64,000 nt of DNA from Spizellomyces punctatus DAOM BR117. Lineage: Eukaryota. The stretch lies in the NCBI GenBank assembly GCA_000182565.2, contig KQ257453.1; one strand, written 5' to 3'. A program made the translations under genes and the position numbers. Below, in pieces: positions 26,907-38,612 of the stretch (the stretch's first letter is position 1; each line of letters begins with the position of its first letter). The notes under the pieces are model-generated. The model made no database searches, was not told the origin of the DNA, and was given only the letters and a program-made list of their open reading frames with translations.

Positions 26907-27792
26907 ATGGTATAGTAGCGCTGTCTATCATTTGTGAGATCCGACTAAATTGACTGCTTCCTAATGGTTTGAATTTACCAGTCTGTAACTCTGCATACCG
27001 ACCTGGGCGACATCAAAATTGAGGTCTTTTGCGAAGGTATGCTCGTCCTTGTTCCTCGGAGATATGTCTGCAACGGACGCCTTACTTATTTTCTTTTGAA
27101 TGATAGCGACACCCAAGGCCGCTGAGGTAAAATATCACCATTTACTCCTCAAAAATGTGACAACTCCCGCTCACATCCTGTCACTGTAGAATTTTCTGGC
27201 CCTCTGTGCAAGCGGATATTACAACAACTGCCTCTTCCACAGGTACGTATTAGCTGAACCATTTTCCACCCCACGATGAGATATCTCACCTCAGAAGACA
27301 GAAATATGAAAGGCTTCATGATCCAAACTGGGGATCCAACGGGAACCGGAAAAGGTGGAACGAGTATCTGGGGTCGAAAGTTTGAGGATGAGATCAAGGC
27401 AACCTTAAAGGTACTGTCTATACACTTCCGCTTCTGCTCAATCCCTCCGCAAATGTTTACAAGGTGATTGTATCAGCACAATGCCCGAGGCATCGTCTCC
27501 ATGGCTAACAAGGGCCCAGATACCAATCTGTCCCAGTTCTTTATTACCTATGCAAAACAAGCACATCTGGATTCAAAGTACACTGTGTTTGGAAAGTGAG
27601 TTGGAGCGCAATCTTCGTTGGTCTGCTGTTGCTGCCGATATTTACGTTTCCAATAGAGTGATTGACGGATGGGATGCGTTGGACTCGTTGGAGAAGGTAC
27701 CAGTGGATGAGAAGTCCCGGCCGATACAGGACGTGCGGATACGCACTGTTACAATACATGCAAACCCTATAGCAGAGGCTGTGGGGCGATGA
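26907..27792 (+). CDS. PPIL3: Cyclophilin PPIL3/Cyp10 (many short exons)
   Basis: [61 protein letters not shown]. Confidence 0.94.
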
Positions 27793-27947
27793 CCTGTCAA
27801 CACTAGAGCTCCCCGCGTGATAATTGTAAATAATCTGAACATTGGAAACTTTGGTACTGGGAATGAACTACGCGTGGAATTCTATTTAAAAGATTGCTAT
27901 ATTTATATATAAAAAAAAGTTGCACCCTCACATCCCAACACGATCCA

Positions 27948-28559
27948 CTAAGAAGACAAACCAAAGAGCCCCCTTCGCTGAGATGGTGCTGCCGCCTGAC
28001 TCTGCACGGCAGCATCGGTCATAAATGCATCCTGCGGTGCAGTTTGTTGTGGTGCCCCAGCATGGGGCGATGACATGATTGACAGTTGCTGTTGGGCCGT
28101 CTCAGGCTGGAATCCCTCTGGCAATGCCGGCGCTTGAGGCTTGTATGTATCCGCATTCATCCGATTCAACATGGCACTCACACCCTCCATAACAGCCAAA
28201 ATTGCTCCACCAAATACCGCCGAAATAGCCATTACTCTCGGTCCACTCCTAGCCGCCAAAATCGCTCCAGTAGCTGCACCGGCGATAATAGGATTCCATG
28301 CGTCCTCCTTCCCTCGAACACCAGCGATCATGCAGTCTCCTGCATTGAATAGACCGGACCAGACGGCAAAATTTCCTCCAAGAACTGGTGCGCGTGCTTT
28401 TATAGAGGCCAAAGAGCCTGCGAAACGTTCGCCTCGTGGTGAATTACGGTAACCCTTGAAACCGTGCCATACCGTCCCGCCTATTGCCCCCATGCAGAAA
28501 CCAACACCGACATCATTGACAATTGAGTATGGGCAGGGATCGCGACTGTGATCGGACAT
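27948..28559 (-). CDS. TIM17: Mitochondrial inner-membrane translocase Tim17 (single exon)
   Basis: DHSRDPCPYSIVNDVG, RAPVLGGNFAVW, RGKEDAWN. Confidence 0.96.
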   Translation of the reverse strand: MSDHSRDPCPYSIVNDVGVGFCMGAIGGTVWHGFKGYRNSPRGERFAGSLASIKARAPVLGGNFAVWSGLFNAGDCMIAGVRGKEDAWNPIIAGAATGAILAARSGPRVMAISAVFGGAILAVMEGVSAMLNRMNADTYKPQAPALPEGFQPETAQQQLSIMSSPHAGAPQQTAPQDAFMTDAAVQSQAAAPSQRRGLFGLSS

Positions 28560-28822
28560 GGTTTGCTTTGTGCTTTCTCTTCGTGGAGTGCGGAGGAAGG
28601 GACTGCTTGTTCAGCTGGTTGGTCTGCATGAAATAAAGAAGATTGTCAGAACGGCCACGTAAACGTATGCAGAGCGACCTGAACACAAAACATTTACAGG
28701 CAAAGACCAAACTTACGTTTACCAGAGAAGGCGACGAGATGGATGCAATGAGAAAATAATCCAAAAGTGCAAGACGGCTTCGGAGCTGCAAATCCAAAAT
28801 TCAAAACTGCAAGTCAATTCCT

Positions 28823-28836
28823 GTCTCCATGGCAAC
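28823..28836. promoter_or_regulatory. RFX X-box GTCTCCATGGCAAC upstream of TIM17
   Basis: Match to GTYNCCATGGYAAC, ~265 bp upstream of the TIM17 ATG. Confidence 0.5.
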
Positions 28837-29218
28837 TGAGATGTATGAATCACAGCAGTGTACGTAAGCAAACACACAAGCCACAACAGTCATTGAACAG
28901 TGCGAGACCAACTCGCGGATTTGTTTGAATATAAAACAAGAAGAAAAAAAAAGAAAGACAAAGAGCGCAAACGCATGATTTCTAGCGTCTGCATTATACC
29001 CCTGCAGACCGTTCCCATCATGCCATCCAAAGCCAGCTAGGGCTGGTATTACCCGGTGTCTTATGGCTGTTGGTCCGCCCGTGTTTCGGCGATCTCTTTG
29101 TCTCGCAAAGAGTGGCCGAAGCAGACTATACTGAGCTGCAGGCGTATCACCATCATGCACTCCATTTCCATCCTTCCGGGTATGGCGATTTTGATAACGC
29201 CAGTCTGGTTGTACTGTG

Positions 29219-31528
29219 TCACGGCTTATTCAACATCGGTGGGGAGAGTCGTCGTCGGCCTTTCAAGGAATGTTTTGGATGCGTTTGAGGTTGTAAGATT
29301 TCAAAAGAACAAAGAAGGTCTTCATTGACTACATGGAGGGAAGTACTATAATTAGCACAAGGAGGTCGCCATAGTAGCATAGCACCAGCATGTGTTCATA
29401 CCACACATCACCGCCCTGAATGTAGACAACCGCCAGTCAGCACCGAATATAAACAGCGAATGCCGCAAACCACACATTTACTCACCCTTTGTTATCAAAC
29501 TCTCCACAGTAGTTTGGTGCGGAAAACACTGTCACCAAGGTTCTATTGTTGAAGAATTCATAGCCTTCTTCCACTACCATGTGCGCTCGACAAACCTATT
29601 CGGTGACAAACAATTATCAGCACCGTATTGTTCTAAGGTTGCTGTAAGAGTGGCACCCACCAAATCCAGATCATGTCGACTGAGGAACTCGGACACAATA
29701 GTCTTGCTGAAGCCTATTTGAAGTAGCACGTCAGCGCGCTCTTCTAATGGTTAAAAATTCATTGAGACTCACAGTAACTAACACCCCGCTCATTATCCTT
29801 GTAAATGAGAAACAAAGGTCAACAACGGGCACTAAAATCATAGAACAGGACAATCCGGCTGCAACAAGCTTGCTTGCCGGATGGTACCCTCATGAATTTC
29901 ATACCTCCCAATCAGTAGCGAGCTATAATTGATACAGGAGTTAGCAATTTTGGAATCATAGATTGAAGGTCTCATCGAATTATACTCACATCGCTTGGAT
30001 CGGACCACAAAAGATCTGATGTAACAAAATAAATTCAGCCTTTCGGTAAGTCTTGCAGTTCCTGCCGCGTGCACATACCGTTTAATAACCCAAAATCAGG
30101 TACATCCGACGGCCGCGCGACTGCCCGAATGTCATCCATGCTGGAGAAGTAGTGAAGTTATTCAATAACCAGCCTATAAAGCAAACAGCTGGGAAACATC
30201 AACACATACGAATGCAGGCTTGGTGATAACCCTCCATGGACACAGAATATCTGAATCATTTTAATCGTTTAGGTTGGCGATTTTATATCCTATCTCTCCT
30301 ACACCGTACCTTTCCTATTTAACAGATTTATTTAATTGTTCATCAAAGAAGGAAAACCAAAAATTTGACCTTACCAGCAACCAATGCAGCAATGGGCAAG
30401 CAATTGAAGACATCCGTGAATACTTTCCACACCTTCAAATTGCATCGTCGCTTGCATTCATCGTAAAACCCATACACTGCGGTCAAGTCGTAAGACATCT
30501 CCACCAAATATCTACGACATCAAAACAGGGTAGATACACACCTCTGTNNNNNNNNNNNNNNNNNNNNNNNNNNNNNNNNNNNNNNNNNNNNNNNNNNNNN
30601 NNNNNNNNNNNNNNNNNNNNNNNNNNNNNNNNNNNNNNNNNNNNNNNTTCTCCCGCGGTCGACGTAATCACCTTAACCGGTAATAATGATGTTACAAAAT
30701 GGCCCAATCGCACAACATAATCCATGCATATCTTTACCCAAGAATAGATAATTCGTGCTGGGAGGATATCCGCAAAGGTCGAATATTCGCAAAAGGTCGT
30801 GGAACTGGCCGTGAATATCACCTGACACGGGGCACCTGTATTAGAGCTTGCATTCTCGATTAGAGCGGTGAGAGTCCTCAAGTATACACACCAACGATAT
30901 TGACAGGAGGGAGCAGCTCCAATAGGATTGGTTGGCTCATAAAGACTTCTCGTGCTTTATGACAGACAGATAGAACCTCGGAATTTTTCAAGCAGAGAGA
31001 TTTCGACACCTTGTGGTTTCGCGCATCCAAAAGCCGTGCAATTATGTCGTCCAGATCATATTTGTCTTTTGGGCCAATTCTTCCACCAAAACTACTGGAA
31101 AAGGCAGTTCTCGGTGACGCCGGTGACTCTGAGATTGGGCTACTGGGCACATCATCGGCGTTGTTTGCAGTATCATCTGGATTGGTGGGGTCCGACTCCT
31201 CGCCTGCAGATGAGGGATCATCAGCGTCCTGATCTCCAAAATTTGGTGGTGGTGATCCAAGATGCTTGGGTGGTGGGCTTGTAGGTGTCGGCACGGGTAC
31301 AGCAGCACCTTTTTTGATTTCCGTTGACTCCGTTAACGATAAGTCGTCTCCTCCACCGGATATGGATGCTGGCGCAGAAAATCGGCGTACGGGATCTTTA
31401 GATGCGACAGCGGCACCGCTGCTCAAGTTTTGCACGGATGCGGTTGTGAGTTCGGCAACGTCCTTTTCAGCAAAGCTCGAGATACTCTTCCGTTTTCCGT
31501 TCTTTATTTTCGAGTTACCGCTTCCCAT
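29219..31528 (-). CDS. PPZ1: PPZ-type (PP1-related) Ser/Thr protein phosphatase; interrupted by assembly gap
   Basis: Myristoylation-type start MGSGNSK, long Ser/Pro/Asp-rich N-terminal extension, then [43 protein letters not shown]; stop position approximate. Confidence 0.85.
30548..30647. other. Assembly gap (100 N) inside the PPZ catalytic domain
   Basis: Run of N; flanks encode GDYVDRG on one side and TRVYGFYDE on the other, so the RGNHE segment is hidden. Confidence 0.99.
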
Positions 31529-32927
31529 GCTAGGCGCGAGTGCGGCAGGGTAGCTGGAACGGAAAGTCGCCGGTTTTTAATAGCCCAGCTTCTAGCAGCT
31601 AAGGTAAGGTAAATTGCAGTTCAGGGTCGAGAAACGACTGACGTCAGAGGAAATTAGCTAAAAACGAATGCGTCATGGTACACCCTTCCGGGGGGTAGAA
31701 TGCAAACCTTACTAAAGAACGCAACTGCTCGACTTTGACCACAGAGCTCACAGCCGCAAAAGAGACGGACCCGCAATTTGTCTCGCTCGTAGTCCCCAAA
31801 AAAACTCAACCTTGTCCAAATATGCACACAAACACACAAGTCGTTCCTTCCAATCTTTTCTACACTATCCAACAAAAGACAATAGATGCTAGCGTACAGA
31901 CGCCTGTTCAACTTGCTGTCGTCAAAGACAAAATGGCGATGATTTCCACAAAGGAAATCCCAAGATAGTAAAAAGCCGTTCAGGAAGGAGAGCCCCCCTC
32001 CGATGCTCCAAAAGTCGCGTGAACTAAGTTTGTGTAACTTCATCAGTCACATGAACAATCAATTGCTGACTCATCGGACCCTCAACTATAAATAAGCCTT
32101 TTTGGATATCTGCGTTGATCTTTCGGTTTTTGTTGCAGCAGGATACATGCACAAGGTTGGGAAGGCGACTCTTGATATGGGTGGTTGGCGGGTATGGAGA
32201 TGATAGTTTATTCCTAGTTCTTACTCTTGTAATTTCGTCCCTTTTCGGTCCTTCCCGCGCAACGACATCAAGGGGCGATTCAAACTTGTCAACCTTCAAG
32301 CCACGTTTATGTCGCGGGCGCCTTTTGGATGTTCAAAGCTCTTCCATGGGTATCCGTCTTTCTCAAACATATCGAACCCATTCCCATATCAAACATTGTT
32401 ACTGACCAGCGACTGCGGCATTCTCGTGTCCTTTTCAGAAACTCTGCAATGCTTTTTGTTTGCACGTATCGTTCACCTCATCTCTGATCCACAAAGCAAA
32501 TGAGAACTACAAGTCAACCTTTTAGCTATGCATCATTGTTACCATACTTGCCCAAAATCTCTTTAAGCTTGAGAATACAAAAGGATCTTTTTGAAAGTAA
32601 TTTGCACACAGTCTCTTTCTCCATTCAAAGACACGGAAGGCCAAAGTATTCGTAGCTTCTTCCTCTATGTATTCATGCAAAACAGCCGCAAAGTCGGGCG
32701 AACCGTTTTCCATTCGTTGGCTTCTTTATTGTAAAAACTCCTACAAAACCAACCCTCCGTTGGGCACGTTCCAAAGAAGCAACCGCGTCACGTCGCTAAG
32801 CAATTTTAGAACACTTACGTCACAATGTCCGATGGGTTGTGGAACTTTGGGACAGTTGGACTTTTTGGCTTAAAAGAACGGTCGACAAGGTTCATCTGCG
32901 TTATCGCATGGACACTAACTTGGCGCA

Positions 32928-35306
32928 ATGGGACATGCCCACAAGACTCAGAACGCTTTCGATGCTTACGACCCCGACAACTGGGTCAAGCGCAACGAAC
33001 GTCTGGTCAAGCGTACAGGAATCCTACCTCTAAATGCAGAAACTCCAGTAGAAGTACTGTTGAATGAAGCCGTCACGCCTTCATCGCTTCACTACGTGAG
33101 GAATCATGGCGCTGTGCCAAAGCTGGACTGGGCAAAGCATGTCATTGAGCTAAAGGCTGGAGACAACACAATCAACATCTCGATGGATCAACTCGAGAAA
33201 GACTACGAGCCTTGCACTCTTCTTGTCACATTTGCGTGTGATGGAATTCGCAGAAAGGAACTCAATGAAATTCGACGTTCCAACGGATTTGACTGGGCTA
33301 CGGGAGCTGTTTCCACTGCCAAATGGAAAGGGGCGCTCCTGAGAGATGTTCTCCAGAAAAACTTTTCCGACTTGCAAAAGTACAAGTTTGTACTCTTTGA
33401 AGCGTGCGATGATCTTAATAATGGATCGTACGGAACAAGTATTCCGATAGATCATGCACTCGATCCATCCGCAGACGTCCTTATTGCATATGAAATGAAT
33501 GACGAACGCATTCCTCCTGATCACGGATATCCTGTTCGCACAGTTCTTCCTGGATGTGTTGGTGGTCGCATGGTAAAATGGTTGAAACAAATCATCTTGT
33601 CTGAAAAGGAGTCCCAAAACTGGCATCATTTTCACGACAACCGGGTGCTCCCGCCGACGATTACGAACAATGCCATGGCTAGCGGCATCTGGAAGAATCC
33701 CGATTATCTTCTGTATGAATTAAATGTCAATTCTGTCATTCTATTTCCTGCCCACGGTCAGAAACTTGATGTTAAGGACATTACATCCAATTTCACGGTG
33801 ACAGGATATGCATATGACGGAGGAGGAAGGAAGATTAGCAGAGTGGAGGTAACTTTGGATGGAGGTGAATCTTGGAATGAATGCAAGATTGCCTATCCGG
33901 AAGACTATGAGCCTCGACACGGACGAAAGTGGTGGGTCATGTGCAAGTGGAGCATCGAGTTTCCGGCGTGGAAAGTTGTTTCGGCTAGAGACATGGCAGT
34001 TAGAGCTTGGAATGCCTCGCTGAATACCCAGCCAGAGCACCACACGTGGAATTTACTCGGAATGATGAACAATGCTTGGTACCGGGTGCAAGTTCGTAGA
34101 GCCCAGGCAGAATGCGTGGAATTTGTACATCCTGTTCGAACCTCACCCGGTGAAGGAGTCAAGGGATGGTTGGAAAAGGCACCGGTCGCATACCAGGAAA
34201 ATGTTCCCAATCGCAACTACAGCTGGGAAGAAGTAGCAAAGCACAAGGCACGAGATGACTGTTGGATTGTTGTCAATGGCAAAGTCTACGACGTTACAGA
34301 TTTTTTGAGTCAACATCCCGCCGGTCCAGGACCTATCATGGCGCATGCGGGAACAGACGCAACCGCAGTCTTCACCGACATCCACTCTGAAGATGCACAC
34401 GTTCTGAAAGCCTCCTATGTGATTGGACACATTGGTCAAAAAGTCCTCAAAGCTCACATTTCTGAACGTGCCAAACACCCCAATCTGACACCCGACGGAC
34501 ACGCCATCGTCTTGAATCCCCACAGGTGGATACCAGTCACACTCGTCAAGAAAGAGTCGATCACTCACGATACTCGACGGTTCACGTTCGGGTTACCTTC
34601 CAAGGAGGACAGAATGTGGCTACCTTGGGGTAAGCACATCAATTTAGCCATCACACAAGAAACCCGCATGGTGGTGCGCCCCTATACGCCAGTCAAACCA
34701 ATCCTCGAGGAAGAAGACGATGGGACATTTGACCTCGTTATCAAGATCTATTTTCCCAGCGAAGACCGACCAGGAGGCGAGCTAACCCAAATGCTAGAAG
34801 GTCTGAAAAACGGAGACGAAGTGAAAATTAAAGGACCTGAAGGCGAGATCTATTACACGGGCAAAGGCTCATTCGACGTTATGGGCCATTTTATCCACTG
34901 CAAAAAAGTCAATTTTATCGTCGGTGGAACAGGGTTGACACCAGCTTTGGCGGTCATCCGAGCAGCCCTCCTGGCCGAAAAAGGCCGACACCTTCAAATT
35001 AGCCTTGTTTACGCAAATAAAACCACGGACGACATACTGTGCGGAGACGAACTTGACCATTTTTTGAAAGAGTTTAAGGATAACTTCAAACTATGGCACG
35101 TCATTAGCCGCCTGGGCGACTCGGAAAAGAAAAATTGGCCTTATGGGTCAGGACACATTGATGGAAAAACTCTTCAAGACCATTGCTTCCCACCGGCAGA
35201 CGACACGGCGTGCTTTGTTTGTGGACCACCTGCGATGGTTGCCCAAGCTGTTATGCCTAATTTAGCAGAACTTGGATTTGACGAGGATCATGTCTTTGAA
35301 TTTTAG
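32928..35306 (+). CDS. Eukaryotic NAD(P)H nitrate reductase-like enzyme (Moco + dimer + cytochrome b5 + FAD/NAD), intronless, 792 aa
   Basis: HYVRNHGAVP, ACDGIRRKELN, PPDHGYPVR, GGRMVKWL, DNRVLP, WNLLGMMNN, b5 WIVVNGKVYDVTDFLSQHPAG..DIHS, RPYTP, GGTGLTP, CGPPAM. Confidence 0.93.
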   Translation: MGHAHKTQNAFDAYDPDNWVKRNERLVKRTGILPLNAETPVEVLLNEAVTPSSLHYVRNHGAVPKLDWAKHVIELKAGDNTINISMDQLEKDYEPCTLLVTFACDGIRRKELNEIRRSNGFDWATGAVSTAKWKGALLRDVLQKNFSDLQKYKFVLFEACDDLNNGSYGTSIPIDHALDPSADVLIAYEMNDERIPPDHGYPVRTVLPGCVGGRMVKWLKQIILSEKESQNWHHFHDNRVLPPTITNNAMASGIWKNPDYLLYELNVNSVILFPAHGQKLDVKDITSNFTVTGYAYDGGGRKISRVEVTLDGGESWNECKIAYPEDYEPRHGRKWWVMCKWSIEFPAWKVVSARDMAVRAWNASLNTQPEHHTWNLLGMMNNAWYRVQVRRAQAECVEFVHPVRTSPGEGVKGWLEKAPVAYQENVPNRNYSWEEVAKHKARDDCWIVVNGKVYDVTDFLSQHPAGPGPIMAHAGTDATAVFTDIHSEDAHVLKASYVIGHIGQKVLKAHISERAKHPNLTPDGHAIVLNPHRWIPVTLVKKESITHDTRRFTFGLPSKEDRMWLPWGKHINLAITQETRMVVRPYTPVKPILEEEDDGTFDLVIKIYFPSEDRPGGELTQMLEGLKNGDEVKIKGPEGEIYYTGKGSFDVMGHFIHCKKVNFIVGGTGLTPALAVIRAALLAEKGRHLQISLVYANKTTDDILCGDELDHFLKEFKDNFKLWHVISRLGDSEKKNWPYGSGHIDGKTLQDHCFPPADDTACFVCGPPAMVAQAVMPNLAELGFDEDHVFEF

Positions 35307-35532
35307 TCTAGGGCGGACCTCCGTAGGCAGCGTAAGACAATTGAAAAGAGATGCACAGAATTCCTCGTAGAGAGCACCCATTCTCTTGGCGTGCTTCGAG
35401 GATGCCATCTCGACAAAGAGGGCCAAATTACGATGTAAGACGTTGGTATATGTATACAAAAGTAGTCCAACCCATTAGGTACATTTCTACAATCCTACGA
35501 TATCTACAGAAAAAACATGACTCTTTTTCCAT

Positions 35533-38330
35533 TTAACGAATACCGCGCTCTCTCACACTGTCATTTCCAGACATACTAAACCATCTATTATAATCCATCC
35601 GTAGCAGAAGTTGGGATAGACAGTGTGCTTGTGGCGAGGTGGTTTGGACACTTGAGAACGTGCGGAAGAGGAAGGATGTGCACTTTTCAAAATCCTACAT
35701 CGTGTAAACGGATAAAATGCTGAGCAACAATCCAGCGAAATATATCACATCACGCTTAGAGAAAAGAGACAGTAACCAACCTCACGGAGAGCTCTCACTT
35801 GAACCAGGACGCCGTCACTCCCAGATTCATTCCAGGATCCAGCGCTCAGAATCCTATCTACTAGTCCACAGAATTGTTCGCACAGGGTAAGAGCCTCGCG
35901 AACCGTTCCACCAATCAACCGGTTCATGACGGGGTCAAGAAAACAGCCTTGAAGGACGGCCTGTAGGTGTGCTGTATGCGCTTTTCGAATATCTTCGAAG
36001 TCAGGACGGGAATGCGAAGATGCGGCATTGATATCGGCGACCGTCTCGTCCTCATTTCGCTCTTTCTGCTTCACAACTTCCATCAGTATATGATAGTTCG
36101 ATTCCAATATATCCATCTACCAACAGGTACTGCTTTAGAAGAAGAAGAAGAAGTAAACTATCACAATGCAACAAGAAGACATACCTGAATATACGACCAT
36201 AAGCAATCCAAAAAGAACATCATGACCCCCCGCACTTGCCAGATTTCTCTTGGGACCTCTGCAGTATCCTCATCCAATACATTTCGTTTGCTATTACCAC
36301 TTGATACGGCTCGAAATGACTGGCTGATCGACGAGCAAACACGTTGTAGCCGCATATGTGTTCCCTTGAGCAGTAGCAGGAAGGCCAGAATGGTGTTGTA
36401 GCTGCCAAAATCGTGGGTTAGAAAAAGAAAAGACCTGGTTATGAAATGAACTCTCAACGAACTCTGTAATATCACTCAATGTGAAGACGAGGTCTAAAGG
36501 CCACTTCACGATATAATCCAGAGTAAATGGCACCCCGAGGAGGTCCTCGGTGTAATTCCGTGACAACGTCGAGTCCTGGCCGCTTGTACTCTTTGGCATT
36601 CTGAACCGAAAATGTTCCATATAGAGCCCCATATCCTCTTCTGAAGCAGCTTTGCGCACCAGCTTTTTGAACATTGAATTAAGCTCTAAAGTTCCCACCC
36701 GGTTATTAAATATCAGTTAAAGACTACGACACAGCTACTAACCATGAGCGGTGACAAGGGATAACCGTGCCCCAGCCTTCATCTTCAATTGGGCACATTC
36801 CTCAATGAAGGTCATCCACAGGTCACCATTTCCCAACAAGTAGCAAGCTTTGAAAGCCTTAACGTGTAGATACTGGATAAGCAGCCCCACACAGCGAACA
36901 GCTTGTCTGGAAGCAAACCTTCAAGTGATTTATCAAATGTTCATCCATGACCACAACATCCCAAAGAATCGCTGCAACGTCTCTTTTGATTTTAGAGATA
37001 GTGTTTTCAAAAGCCAGAGATCGAAACTCTTGTGACTTTGAAAGCGCAGAAACTTCAGTCAGGTGTTCGGAGACCAGCGACTTCACTAGTGCGGCTGGTG
37101 CGACACCGCATTGACAGGTAAGCCAAGCCGTTCTGATACATGAGACATATCGCTTATCCACATACCTTCAGGACGCTTAGACTCTCCAATGATTACCACC
37201 GCCTTTCCAATGAATAATATTGTGTCGGCGACATCCGGAGGAACAAAGTCAGGTACAAGTGCGGCATCTAAAACGAATTGGGATTGCCTGGCAAGAAAGT
37301 GTCGATGAACACGACGGCGAATAACAATGAACCTATAGGTGACGTACCATCGAGTATGCTCCGCTTGCAAATGCAAATCAAAGTCGTCATCTACAGAGTT
37401 CTGATTCATGTCCATCCGTTGAGCTGCGAGCGAGAGGACAATATGCAACGTCACAATCCAACCTTGTGGCGACTATCGACGCCAGCATTTCTCACAAAGA
37501 ATTCACCATGTGGATCATGCAGCTTGCCGTACAGCATCCATGTAATGAGCTGCTTGTAGAATACTGTCATACAAGATTGGAATAATCTACGTGTTGAGAG
37601 AAGATGAGTCCAAATAGATGCGCCCAGCAACAACGTCCAATACCTTAGAACTACTCCGCGTACTTCAGGAATACCAGTTTTGGTGCGAGCATTCAACAAG
37701 CTCAAGAGTGCCGCACCGTGATAGCCAAGATTTGCCTCAATGGTTTCCACAAGTTGTCTCAGATGTGATAGAATTACTTTGTACTAGATTATGTATTAGA
37801 AAATGTACAGACCATCGTTGTAAGAAATACAATACACAGTGAGCTCTTGTGTCCAGCGTCACGGTGGGAGCCCATTTTGGTGACTTGCATGCGCTTACCC
37901 TGCCAAATACATGCTCCAACCAGCTTATCGGTGTCCTACCTCCGTCCGTATCCAAGTCCAGGCTAGAAAGGACCTTGACCTCTGCCTCGACAACCAATTG
38001 TCGGTATTCGTCCAAAACATCGTCTACCGCTGCACAAAAAGCAAAGAAGTAAAATCCGGTCGGACTAACAGGTGCAGTCCCTTCAATCTGTTGCTGTGAT
38101 GGAAGAGTTGCTGTCCACACTCTTTTTCGATTTTTGTCGACAAAGTCCCGGAGTACAGAATACAGAGCGCCTAGGTGCACCAGGCGATCTAAGGCCGTCC
38201 GTTCCGCCGGATGAAGGAAAGGAAAGTCTGTCGCTACCCGATACGTCTTTAGTGGCGCCGGTGGTGGAGGATCAGGAACAAATACGTCGCCTGGATGGCC
38301 AGATAGAGCGAGAAGCAGCTCGTGAAGCAT
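35533..38330 (-). CDS. TUBGCP4: Gamma-tubulin complex component 4
   Basis: MLHELLLALSGHPG, FPFLHPAE, WMLYGKLHDPHGEFF, ILFIGKAV, VKWPLDLVF, DFEDIRKAH, LLLRMDYN. Confidence 0.9.
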
Positions 38331-38381
38331 GTCCAATCGAGATCAACTTGTAGAGCTCCAAGTGTTCGGAAGGTTGGACGC

Positions 38382-38390
38382 TTTTCGCGC
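38382..38390. promoter_or_regulatory. E2F/SBF-type site TTTTCGCGC ~50 bp upstream of GCP4
   Basis: Same 9-mer as in the POL12/SAS-4 promoter. Confidence 0.45.
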
Positions 38391-38612
38391 TTCTTAATCA
38401 GGGGCCGATGACATAAGCACTAGCACCGACCGGCGAACAGACTTGTTTATCAACACCAAAACGCTCGCCGCACACAGCCCGACGTATAGGAACGTTGAGG
38501 TGCAGCTTAAATACCAAAAAACGTCGGCCTTTGCTTCGAAGGGTTGCAACGAAAACCTTGGGCAACAAACCCTGTCCCCAGCCGGAGCTTGACACATTGA
38601 GGACTTGTCGCG

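Noticed and set aside
33150-35060. Long antisense ORFs (also opposite CCT2, PANK, DNAI4, POL12)
   Set aside because: Shadow frames of well-supported genes with no protein motifs.
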